A stretch of 43,042 nucleotides of DNA from a virus. The DNA is taken from the IMG/VR virus record IMGVR_UViG_3300029590_000018, one strand, 5' to 3'. Below, piece by piece: positions 24,670-32,149 of this stretch. Each line of letters opens with the position of its first letter. Position 1 is the first letter of the stretch. The translations under genes and the position numbers were made by a program. The notes under the pieces were generated by a model, which saw nothing but the letters and a program-made list of their open reading frames with translations, did not search any database and was not told the DNA's origin.

Positions 24670-26328
24670 TTATTCCTCCTCCGGAAAATGTTTCTTCGTC
24701 ACCGCGATGGGGAACGGCTCGATCTCGCTTGCCCAGCGCGCCGTGCCTTTGCCGTGTATGCGTTCCCAAATCAGCGGATAGCCCGCGATGCCATCAAATA
24801 AGCTCCCCAGCGTTGCGCCCTCCGGCAGATACCGCGCCATGCGCCGCAGCATCCAGTTCCAGAAGGGCAGGCCAATGGAGTTACCCAGTGCCTTGTACTT
24901 TGGGCTGTCCGCGTCCTTGTGTTTCTTGCCCTTCTCATCCGTCCAGTCGCCAATGTCCACCCATCCGTCCGGGAACCCTTGCAGCCGTTCGCATTCCATC
25001 GGTGTCAATCGGCGCACCACCATGTTCTGCACCGGGTATGTCTCCGCGTCCTCCCGATAAGCGCAGTTCGCCTTTGCCCGCAGCGCGTGGCTCACGTCCT
25101 CACAAACCACCGCGTGGCTTACCTTGCTTTCTCCTGCGCGTAATGCGTTCTTCGTTTCGCTTTCTGCCCAGTTTTCTTCCATCGCGCTTTTGGGCTGGTA
25201 TAAAATCGCCCGCGCCGCGTCAGGGGTTACACCGCACACCAGCATATCGTTGTAGGCGTCCTGCCCATTGTAGCTCCCGGCATGAGCGCCTGGGGAAAGC
25301 GTACCCGTCACATCTTGGTATGTCAGCGGCACTTGATTTCCGCACATTACCCCGTGGCGGTCGCCGGCGGTCAGTGTAGGAGACGGGTCGCCCTCTTTGC
25401 CGATGCCAAGACCGTTGCCGCTGCCATCGTGGTTGCGGCTCTCTCCGCCGCCCTGCCATCTGGTGGCTTTGTCGTTGATGGGGATAGCCACAACCGGCTG
25501 GTTGCTCCCGCTCATGCCCGCCGCTGCGGTCAATGTGGGCACTCGGTCGTCTGTCCGCAGTTCTGCGCCGCCCTGCTGTGTAGCCATGCAGAAAATCGTC
25601 TGATCGTTCCCCGTGCCCAGCGTTCCGCTTTTCTCCGTCTGCACTAACGCACCTTTTCCTCCGCCGTCACACCCCCCCGGATGCGGACTGCATACGATGT
25701 TGGGAACTCTGTCGGCGCAGGGGCTTCCGTCCGCTCTTGCGGTGAGGCTCCTTGCGACTGCCGGATTAGCACCGCTTTCAGACGCGCCGGCAAATCCTTC
25801 CCCCGCCTCTCTGCTCTCCGCAATATCCCCTGACACGCTTTCGCGGTCAAATTGTATTTCGGATGCGGTGTCTCCTCCAAAATCTGCGACAACCGAGATA
25901 CGACGACGGCGTTGGGGCGCTCCCCAGTGTTGCGCGTCGTGAGTTCGCCACACCACGCTCCATCGTCCTCCCACTTCATCGTGATACCCTCCCCAGGTAG
26001 GCCAGCCCTTTTCAGGCACTTCAATACCGGGGGCTTCCGGCTCGACGATTTTGATGATCTCTTCGAGCACGGCTGCGAAGTCTTTTCCTTGGTTGCTGCT
26101 AAAGGCTCCGACCACGTTTTCCCACACGAGATACCGAGGTCTAACCATGTCACCTGTCCGTCCATTCCTTTTGTCCGCCTCCCTCATTTCTTTTACGATG
26201 CGTACCTGCTCCATAAACAGGCCGCTTCGCGCTCCCGCCAAACCGGCGCGTTTCCCGGCGATGGATAGATCCTGTCTAACAAGGTGAACCACCTGTAATA
26301 CACCAAACGGGTTCAATCTCTGCCCCAT
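24670..26328 (-). CDS. DNA (cytosine-5) methyltransferase, main ORF. Motif order (IV remnant)-VI-VIII-TRD-IX-X-I-II. Lacks the catalytic Pro-Cys.
   Basis: Motifs read directly: QDLSIAGKRAGL (post-PCQ), LVWENV (VI), PQRRRR (VIII), RRLTPMECERLQGFP (IX), ALGNSIGLP (X), then a C-terminal LGSLFDGIAGY (I) and ASEIEPFP (II). Confidence 0.8.
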   Translation of the reverse strand: MGQRLNPFGVLQVVHLVRQDLSIAGKRAGLAGARSGLFMEQVRIVKEMREADKRNGRTGDMVRPRYLVWENVVGAFSSNQGKDFAAVLEEIIKIVEPEAPGIEVPEKGWPTWGGYHDEVGGRWSVVWRTHDAQHWGAPQRRRRISVVADFGGDTASEIQFDRESVSGDIAESREAGEGFAGASESGANPAVARSLTARADGSPCADRVPNIVCSPHPGGCDGGGKGALVQTEKSGTLGTGNDQTIFCMATQQGGAELRTDDRVPTLTAAAGMSGSNQPVVAIPINDKATRWQGGGESRNHDGSGNGLGIGKEGDPSPTLTAGDRHGVMCGNQVPLTYQDVTGTLSPGAHAGSYNGQDAYNDMLVCGVTPDAARAILYQPKSAMEENWAESETKNALRAGESKVSHAVVCEDVSHALRAKANCAYREDAETYPVQNMVVRRLTPMECERLQGFPDGWVDIGDWTDEKGKKHKDADSPKYKALGNSIGLPFWNWMLRRMARYLPEGATLGSLFDGIAGYPLIWERIHGKGTARWASEIEPFPIAVTKKHFPEEE

Positions 26329-26359
26329 TTATTTTCGTAATATCGCCTAAATGTTTCAC
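26276..26359 (-). pseudogene. Out-of-frame 5' fragment of the C5-methyltransferase (motif III/IV up to the catalytic Cys), ending in TAG
   Basis: RBS AGGAGGTG, then GTG at 26359: VKHLGDITKINGAEIEPVWCITGGSPC-TAG. Removing TAGA (26278..26275) would fuse it in frame to QDLSIAG of the main ORF. Confidence 0.7.
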
Positions 26360-26371
26360 CTAAATCACCTC

Positions 26372-26647
26372 CTAATCTCCAAACACAACGCCGCACTCGT
26401 CTTTCAGCACATCCTTGATGTGCTTCCGCTTGATGCGGCCTTCGTTTATCTCCTCCGCCAGGTTCTCCAGGCACTCGTACAGATACGCGATGCTCTGCGT
26501 GTCACGGCTGTCCGCCGTCTCCTCTTGGACGTGCCAGCCGCATTTGTCCATCAGCACCATCGCCACCATGTCCATGTTCTCCCGTGTGCCTTGCAGCTTG
26601 CCACGCATAAAGATGCGGTCGTCCCTGCTCAAATGCTGCTTTGCCAT
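26372..26647 (-). CDS. Hypothetical protein (91 aa)
   Basis: ORF with RBS GGTGAGGT, in the operon between the PAPS-reductase-like gene and the methyltransferase. Confidence 0.6.
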   Translation of the reverse strand: MAKQHLSRDDRIFMRGKLQGTRENMDMVAMVLMDKCGWHVQEETADSRDTQSIAYLYECLENLAEEINEGRIKRKHIKDVLKDECGVVFGD

Positions 26648-26648
26648 G

Positions 26649-27722
26649 TCAATACCTCACCCCGATGTAGTCCAGCACCCGCGCATAACCAAGACCGTCT
26701 TTCGTGGGCTTCCACAGCCCGTCCGTGTCAAATGCCCCACCGCCGATGCAGAACGCATAGTGCTTCGGGTGCGTCAGTTTCATGCGTTCAAAACGGTTGA
26801 CGCCTTTTTCGAGGTGCGCTCCGAACGCGCAGAACATACAGCCCGTCCTCTGGCATCCCGTGCAGTGCAGTTTGCAGTCGATCAGCGTTTCCGCATAGTC
26901 GTTATCACCGTCACTGGCTACGATATCGCCGTAGACACTTGCGATAGGTAGCTCTCGGTCTACAATGAATCGCAGCACATCCTGTTCCGTCCAGAAACTC
27001 ATGGGCTTAGATAAGGGACGCCTTCCTTCAAAAGCGTTGCAGCCGGTGGCAGTCCACTTAATCATCCGAAGCCGACTTTCTTCCGCCATTATCGCTGTAG
27101 TTGGCACACGCTTTTCTTGATGATCATATCTGTGCATAGGCGATTTTTTCATCACCTTGCAGCAAGAATCGGAAATCAAAAATGGTGCAGCCAGCAAGAA
27201 GACCCACTTCTCGCAATTATAGGGAGACTTATTTCCGTCCTTGTCCAAGTATTCACCCCGTAGCCGTTGTGCGGATTTCCCGCCCGGATTTATTCTTGCG
27301 TTGCCGATATACGCGGCCACCTCTTTGCTCACGATGCTGTACCCGTACTTCGTCACCACCTGCCGAATGTTCATCTTCGGGCGCAGGCGTACAAGATTTA
27401 CAGTCACGCGGGGAAACTCCCTCCGCAGCCAGTCGGTGTACTCATTGACGAACTTCTGTATCTCCGGGTACTCCAACCCAGTGTTCACGAACACCAGATT
27501 CAACTCCCACGGCGGCGTCCTGAAGCTCGCCAGATACCGCGCCGCCAGATACGCCAGCACCGTGCTGTCCTTGCCGCCGGAGAAGCTGACGTAGCACTGC
27601 CCGCCCCATGCGGTGTACCATTCGTCCAGCTTTTCGTAGGTCAGTATCTCCTTGTCCTGCACGTCCAGCGCCATCAGTTTCTTCGCCGCCTCATTCGTCA
27701 GCGGCTGGTTTGTCGGCATCAT
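26649..27722 (-). CDS. PAPS reductase / PP-loop ATP-pyrophosphatase family protein (DndC/IbrA-like) with C-terminal Cys cluster
   Basis: SFSGGKDS PP-loop motif. C-terminal CTGCQRTGCMFC cluster. ATGATG at 27722 overlaps the upstream TGA. The 403-aa ORF-track extension overlaps the previous gene. Confidence 0.8.
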   Translation of the reverse strand: MMPTNQPLTNEAAKKLMALDVQDKEILTYEKLDEWYTAWGGQCYVSFSGGKDSTVLAYLAARYLASFRTPPWELNLVFVNTGLEYPEIQKFVNEYTDWLRREFPRVTVNLVRLRPKMNIRQVVTKYGYSIVSKEVAAYIGNARINPGGKSAQRLRGEYLDKDGNKSPYNCEKWVFLLAAPFLISDSCCKVMKKSPMHRYDHQEKRVPTTAIMAEESRLRMIKWTATGCNAFEGRRPLSKPMSFWTEQDVLRFIVDRELPIASVYGDIVASDGDNDYAETLIDCKLHCTGCQRTGCMFCAFGAHLEKGVNRFERMKLTHPKHYAFCIGGGAFDTDGLWKPTKDGLGYARVLDYIGVRY

Positions 27723-27913
27723 CACTCGCCATCCTCCAGACGCACAACCTCGTAGCAGCTGTAGCTGCCGCCGTTGCGGAAAGCGTGGCAGATCGCCGCA
27801 CGGACATTCTGATACTTCCGACCGGACAGCTGCGCCAACTCCGCCGTGGTCGTGCCCCACCAGCGGGGCAGACGGTATTTGTCCTGCGTCACGATCATGT
27901 ACACGGTGGTCAT
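27722..27913 (-). CDS. Hypothetical small protein, possible HTH (63 aa)
   Basis: ATG at 27913 with RBS GGGAGGTG. The TTAELAQLSGRKYQNVRAAI segment is HTH-like. Confidence 0.5.
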   Translation of the reverse strand: MTTVYMIVTQDKYRLPRWWGTTTAELAQLSGRKYQNVRAAICHAFRNGGSYSCYEVVRLEDGE

Positions 27914-27915
27914 GC

Positions 27916-28347
27916 TCACACCTCCCGGATGGCGAACCCGTACCGATTGCGGAACAGCTTTGCTTTCATGGCATACTCGCTGGTACGCATCCCCTTCACG
28001 TCCTCCACAACCGGAAGCCAGTACCGCTGGCCGTAGCTGTCAGGAGCCGTTCTGCTCTCGTACACGAAGTCCGCGATGTAGTCGATACTTTTCACGCGGT
28101 CGCCCTCAAACGTCGTGTACGCCTCTTGCAAGCAGTACCGCACCTGCAATTTTAGCCCCCGTATCTCCCCGGCATTTTGCAGCAGCAACAAAGCGTCATA
28201 GCGCTCCGCCTCCTTCTTGCTGTCGAAAGTCAGCTTGCCGCGCCGCGTCTTCTGCGCCTTGTACTTTCCGGGCTTGCGCATCTTCTCCATGACCTGCTTC
28301 TGCGCCGCAGGACTAAGCCGCGCCAGGTCGTCACTCTTTAAGCCCAT
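27916..28347 (-). CDS. DUF1064-family protein (putative endonuclease / resolvase-like)
   Basis: 143 aa. The pattern KKEAERYDALLLLQNAGEI..L..Q and the C-terminal EDVKG...T....K are typical of DUF1064 proteins next to phage replication genes. Confidence 0.6.
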   Translation of the reverse strand: MGLKSDDLARLSPAAQKQVMEKMRKPGKYKAQKTRRGKLTFDSKKEAERYDALLLLQNAGEIRGLKLQVRYCLQEAYTTFEGDRVKSIDYIADFVYESRTAPDSYGQRYWLPVVEDVKGMRTSEYAMKAKLFRNRYGFAIREV

Positions 28348-28380
28348 CCTCTAATCCTCTTTTCTCCAACCCTCGTTTGT

Positions 28381-29106
28381 TCATCTCAACCTCCAGTTTT
28401 TTCCGCTGCCCGTCACGCTCATGGTAAAGCCATTCGCGCGCTCCGCAATGCGGGATCCTATCGCCTCGTCCCAGTCCAATATCTGTCCTATCGTCCGCTC
28501 AGAACTGATGATCGTAGAACACTCAGGCTTTATGTACCGTGCGTTGAGTATTTCAAACGCAATGTTCCGGTCAGCCTCCGTCACGTTGCCCTTGAGAAAG
28601 TCGTCGATGTAAAGCACGCGGATCGTTTTCAGCTTTCCCACGGCATCTGCGTACAGCTCCGCATCGTTTACCTTTGCCTTGATGGATGGAATGTCCGACC
28701 GCCACTGCATATACCGTACCGGCAAGCCTGCCTCCATCAACTTCCCGCAGATCGCCGTGCACAGGTGCGTCTTTCCGCTGCCGGGGGTCCCACCGGCATA
28801 AAACCACTTCCCGCGCCAATCCGTGATATACGCCTCGGCCATCTGCTTTGCCTGCTTTTGCCACGGCTCCGCCGTCTGGTACGTCTCCAGCGTACAGCTT
28901 TCCAGCAGACCGGACAGACCGCTACGCTCAATGCGCCGCTGGTTGTCCTTGCGTATTTGGCAAGGGCAACTACGGGTTATAAGCTCCCCGGTGGCACTGC
29001 GTGTGACCGTATAGCCCCTGTCCTCGCAGTCCGGGCACTCAAAGTACGACTTCTCCTGGGATATTCCATTTTTTTGCAGGTGCTCCAGCACCGCCGTTAT
29101 GTCCAC
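28381..29106 (-). CDS. DnaC/IstB-like AAA+ helicase loader
   Basis: Walker A GTPGSGKTH and Walker B LYIDDF, with an N-terminal zinc-ribbon-like CPDC...CPC. GTG start with RBS AGGAGGA. Confidence 0.8.
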   Translation of the reverse strand: MDITAVLEHLQKNGISQEKSYFECPDCEDRGYTVTRSATGELITRSCPCQIRKDNQRRIERSGLSGLLESCTLETYQTAEPWQKQAKQMAEAYITDWRGKWFYAGGTPGSGKTHLCTAICGKLMEAGLPVRYMQWRSDIPSIKAKVNDAELYADAVGKLKTIRVLYIDDFLKGNVTEADRNIAFEILNARYIKPECSTIISSERTIGQILDWDEAIGSRIAERANGFTMSVTGSGKNWRLR

Positions 29107-29686
29107 CGTCGTGTTCCTCCTTCCACCTCGTCTCCCAATTCCGCACGGCGGCTTTCCAGTCCTTCATGCGGTTCTTGCCTACCATCCAGCCCTTTTGCTC
29201 GTAAAAGGCGACAAAACGATCTGCGTTGACGTGATAGCCCTGCGCTTGAACATAGGCGGATACATCATCAACGGATGGCGGTGTGAAGCGCTTCGCGCGC
29301 GTATCACTCACACCGTTAGGTGGGAGTGTATTATCTTTGGTTTTGTCTTTGGTTTTGTCTTTGGTTTTGTCTTTGGTTTGGCACGTTTCGCATGCGGTCG
29401 CATCCGTTCGTATGCAATCGTATACGGTCGTACCATCATGCCGTGCATATCGCTTTTTGGCGTTGCGCTGGTTCTTTGCGCATCTCTCGTCATACGCCGC
29501 TTTTGCCCTATTTATATCGTCCGCAATAAAATCAAATGCGATCGACTCCCGTCCCGTAAGTTCCTCCGTCTCTCCGGTCTCGCCATATTCCAGCAAGGCC
29601 CGTACAAGCCGACCTACCTCTTGATCTGAGAGTTTCTCCAATTTTTTGCGATAGCTGAAATAAAAGGGAATGTACTCAAGAGCCAC
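29039..29686 (-). CDS. Replisome organizer / DnaD-like replication initiation protein
   Basis: 215 aa upstream of the loader. Two domains joined by a (KDKT)n linker. The C-terminal DRFVAFYEQKGWMVGKN...W pattern is typical of phage DnaD-like proteins. Confidence 0.65.
   Translation of the reverse strand: MALEYIPFYFSYRKKLEKLSDQEVGRLVRALLEYGETGETEELTGRESIAFDFIADDINRAKAAYDERCAKNQRNAKKRYARHDGTTVYDCIRTDATACETCQTKDKTKDKTKDKTKDNTLPPNGVSDTRAKRFTPPSVDDVSAYVQAQGYHVNADRFVAFYEQKGWMVGKNRMKDWKAAVRNWETRWKEEHDGGHNGGAGAPAKKWNIPGEVVL
29334..29380. repeat. Tandem 12-bp repeat TCTTTGGTTTTG, 3 perfect copies plus one partial
   Basis: Read directly. Encodes KDKTKDKTKDKTKD in the organizer protein linker. Candidate origin iterons. 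Confidence 0.9.
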
Positions 29687-29719
29687 TATGCACCGCCTCT
29701 CACTCCTTCGGCGATACGC

Positions 29720-29935
29720 CTATTTCCCATTCTTTTCTCCCTGCCTCTCGTACTCGTCCGTCAGGTGCCGTGCGATGGTGCAATGCTCCCACGCCCCGGC
29801 ACAGAATTGATTCATGAAGCGGGATGCCGCGCCGCCCGTCTCAAAGCTGACGCGGCTACCGCCCTCGCAGCAGACCCGCCGTTTCTCGCTGCTGGTAAAG
29901 TATGGGCAGGTGTACCGCTTGTACCAGTAATCCAT
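29720..29935 (-). CDS. Hypothetical Cys-rich protein (71 aa)
   Basis: ORF with RBS AGGAGGT. Confidence 0.55.
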   Translation of the reverse strand: MDYWYKRYTCPYFTSSEKRRVCCEGGSRVSFETGGAASRFMNQFCAGAWEHCTIARHLTDEYERQGEKNGK

Positions 29936-29951
29936 GCCGCCTTACCTCCTA

Positions 29952-30362
29952 TCAGAATGGCATATCGCCGTCCGCGTCGAAGTCCTCGTCCACCTCCACG
30001 AACTGTCCGCCCGCGTATCTATTGGCGCCGCTGTCCACGTCCTTCTTGGCATCGCCAAAGTAGATGTTGTCCGCCAGCACCTCGGCGTTCCGGCGCTTGT
30101 TTCCGTCCTTGTCCGTCCAGTCACGGATCTGAAGCCGGCCCTCCACCACGGCCATACGGCCCTTGGTGAAGTATTTGGCCACGAACTCGGCCGTGCTGCG
30201 CCAAGCCACCACATCGATGAAATCCGTTTCCTTCTCGCCGCTCTGGGACTTAAAGTCCCGGTCCACGGCCATGGTGAAGCTGGTGACGGCGGTGCCGCTC
30301 TGGGTGCGGCGCAGTTCAGGATCCCTGGTCAACCGGCCCATGATTATGACGTTGTTCAGCAT
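29952..30362 (-). CDS. ssb: Single-stranded DNA-binding protein
   Basis: MLNNVIIMGRLTRDPELRRTQSG OB-fold start and an acidic C-terminal tail ending DGDMPF. Confidence 0.95.
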   Translation of the reverse strand: MLNNVIIMGRLTRDPELRRTQSGTAVTSFTMAVDRDFKSQSGEKETDFIDVVAWRSTAEFVAKYFTKGRMAVVEGRLQIRDWTDKDGNKRRNAEVLADNIYFGDAKKDVDSGANRYAGGQFVEVDEDFDADGDMPF

Positions 30363-30547
30363 TCTGCTACCTCCAGTCGCTCCATGAACTTCTCCAGATC
30401 TTTGGCCTTAAAGTAGATACGAGGGTTCCATCGGGCCACATGATAGCCCTGGATAACGCAGTCGTTCCGCAGGGCGTCCAGCGTGTCAACGCTTACGCTC
30501 AACAGCCTGGCCGTCTCGCTTCTTGTGTACAGCAGTTTCTTTTCCAT
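30356..30547 (-). CDS. Helix-turn-helix (MerR/excisionase-type, HTH_17-like) DNA-binding protein
   Basis: 63 aa. LYTRSETARLLSVSVDTLDALR is a typical Xis/MerR-type HTH. Confidence 0.6.
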   Translation of the reverse strand: MEKKLLYTRSETARLLSVSVDTLDALRNDCVIQGYHVARWNPRIYFKAKDLEKFMERLEVAEC

Positions 30548-30556
30548 CTCTACCTC

Positions 30557-30835
30557 CTATAAATATGACTTTCCAAACTCGCGCCGGAAATCGGATTCTG
30601 ACCAGCCCTCGTTCTTCATGATCGTGAGCTGTCCGTACCGACGCAATCGGCGCATCTGGTCGCCGTTCCGGTGTACGGCGGACTTCCCGTTCCTGTGGCA
30701 GCGATTGCCGCACAGATACACCACAACGCCGTACTTCTCGCTTTTCTTCCGATTCGCGCCGCCAAAAATGTGGTGACGCTCCAGCGGGTCACCGGAGTCA
30801 TTCCGGCCGCACAAAAAGCATCTTTTGTCGTTCAT
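30557..30835 (-). CDS. HNH-type (beta-beta-alpha-Me) nuclease-like protein
   Basis: CFLCG...LERHHIFGGANR...LCGNRCH...AVH matches the HNH Cys/His pattern. Confidence 0.55.
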   Translation of the reverse strand: MNDKRCFLCGRNDSGDPLERHHIFGGANRKKSEKYGVVVYLCGNRCHRNGKSAVHRNGDQMRRLRRYGQLTIMKNEGWSESDFRREFGKSYL

Positions 30836-31389
30836 ACGCTAACCTCTCCACACCGGCTAACGAGGGCATCCAGTTCTCGCGGCGGCAGGGTCTCAACGCC
30901 CTGCGCCTTGCATTCCTGGATGATGATCTCGATCAGTCGGCTCATCTGGGCGGTATCGTAGTCGCTGGACCCTATATATGTCCGAATATTGTGATATCCG
31001 GGGATAGAGCGGCATGGCCCCAGGTCCTCCGTAAAGCGCCCGATGTGCCCGGCACACCAAATACGGTTCCAGTACTCAATCCGGTCCTCTTTCACCGGGA
31101 TCACGTCGTAGTTGTCGCCCACGTCCCGGATGCAGTCCCGGTAAACGTTGTCCGGCGTGACTGGTGCTTCCTTAGTGCTCAGCACCGCCGCCAGCTTTCC
31201 AATCAGCGTCCAAGCGTATGCATTGGCGTCCAGACTCCGCTTTTTACGGTATTCCTTGATCTCCACGGCGTACTTCCGCGGTTTCATTTCTCCGACGAAC
31301 TTGGCGGCGTCCCGGCGGGGGATGGAGAGGCAGAGATAGGTGTCCTCTCCATCCACGATCACCTTGGCCCGCTCAAAAACGGCCTTCAT
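30832..31389 (-). CDS. NinB/Orf-like recombination mediator (putative)
   Basis: KKRSLDANAYAWTLIGKLA parallels lambda NinB ...RSLDQNRKLWACLGDVS. Located next to RecT. Confidence 0.5.
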   Translation of the reverse strand: MKAVFERAKVIVDGEDTYLCLSIPRRDAAKFVGEMKPRKYAVEIKEYRKKRSLDANAYAWTLIGKLAAVLSTKEAPVTPDNVYRDCIRDVGDNYDVIPVKEDRIEYWNRIWCAGHIGRFTEDLGPCRSIPGYHNIRTYIGSSDYDTAQMSRLIEIIIQECKAQGVETLPPRELDALVSRCGEVSV

Positions 31390-31392
31390 GGC

Positions 31393-32136
31393 TTAAAAGC
31401 CCTCCGGCTCTTCCGTCGGCTGCGGAGCCTCCGGCGCTGAGGATGCGAAATCTTCCGATCTGGGTTCGATTGCCTGCTGCGGAGCATCCATGTCCACCGG
31501 AGCGGACGCCAGATCGCTCACGTCAATATTCATCTCCGTGGGGTCATACATGCCCTCCAAGTCCTCGGGGAAGGCCTCACGCAAGGCCTGGACCAACGCC
31601 ACCTTGCGGATCATGGTGGCCGGTTTCTTGGTCCACTGTTCGTTGACCTCTCCGGTTTTCTTCAGACCGACGTATTCTTCAAATGCCACAGAAATCTCGA
31701 TGGGCTCCTGGTATCCGCGGACGAAAACCTTGGCCCAGCCGCCCACCAGCTCCTCGCCTTTCAAGACGATGGCGCCGATCCGGTTCTCCATGACTCCGGT
31801 TTCTGTGTTCAGAACCACCACTCCCGCCTGCTGCCCGCAAAATGCGGTGTTCCGCATGGCCCGCTTCGTGATGGCATCCTTGCCCACCACAATGGTGGCC
31901 GGGCTGTTCCCGTACTTAATCAGGTAAGCCTCCCGCAGGAACGGGTTCAAATGCTGGAACCGGCAGAGGTTCAGGAACATCACGATCTCCTGGTCCGTCA
32001 CGGCGCCGTTTCCGTTCACCAGATACTTCCGGATGATATTCGGGGAGAGCCTGACGACCTCCTCACCGCACTTAAAATCCACAACCTTGTCGTTGGCTGT
32101 CTTTTTCGTCGCTGCAATGCTGTTATTCAATGCCAT
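31393..32136 (-). CDS. recT: RecT-family single-strand annealing protein
   Basis: 247 aa. Conserved segments (NPFLREAYLIKYG, TMIRKVALVQALREAFP) are typical of RecT. Confidence 0.85.
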   Translation of the reverse strand: MALNNSIAATKKTANDKVVDFKCGEEVVRLSPNIIRKYLVNGNGAVTDQEIVMFLNLCRFQHLNPFLREAYLIKYGNSPATIVVGKDAITKRAMRNTAFCGQQAGVVVLNTETGVMENRIGAIVLKGEELVGGWAKVFVRGYQEPIEISVAFEEYVGLKKTGEVNEQWTKKPATMIRKVALVQALREAFPEDLEGMYDPTEMNIDVSDLASAPVDMDAPQQAIEPRSEDFASSAPEAPQPTEEPEGF

Positions 32137-32149
32137 GGTATTCTCCTCC

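Noticed and set aside
23462-25379. Two long plus-strand ORFs (355 aa and 408 aa)
   Set aside because: They are Pro/Arg/Ser/Cys-rich junk translations spanning several well-supported minus-strand genes, including both methyltransferases. They are antisense shadows.
26276-26278. In-frame TAG right after Pro-Cys of the PCQ motif, as evidence for TAG-to-Gln recoding (stop-codon reassignment)
   Set aside because: This is tempting because PC-TAG would read PCQ. However, the downstream frame after the TAG (TGSIHRRETRR...) is nonsense, while the +1 frame gives the expected QDLSIAGKRAGL. TAG is also used as a normal stop elsewhere, for example at the integrase and at the 26372..26647 gene. No suppressor tRNA is present. 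An indel is the simpler explanation.
26649-27860. Long N-terminal extensions of ORF-track entries (403-aa PAPS reductase; 360-aa ORF 32150..33232; 451-aa integrase ORF from 36481)
   Set aside because: The extensions overlap the preceding genes in another frame and have implausible composition. Internal ATGs with strong RBSs coincide with the expected protein N-termini.
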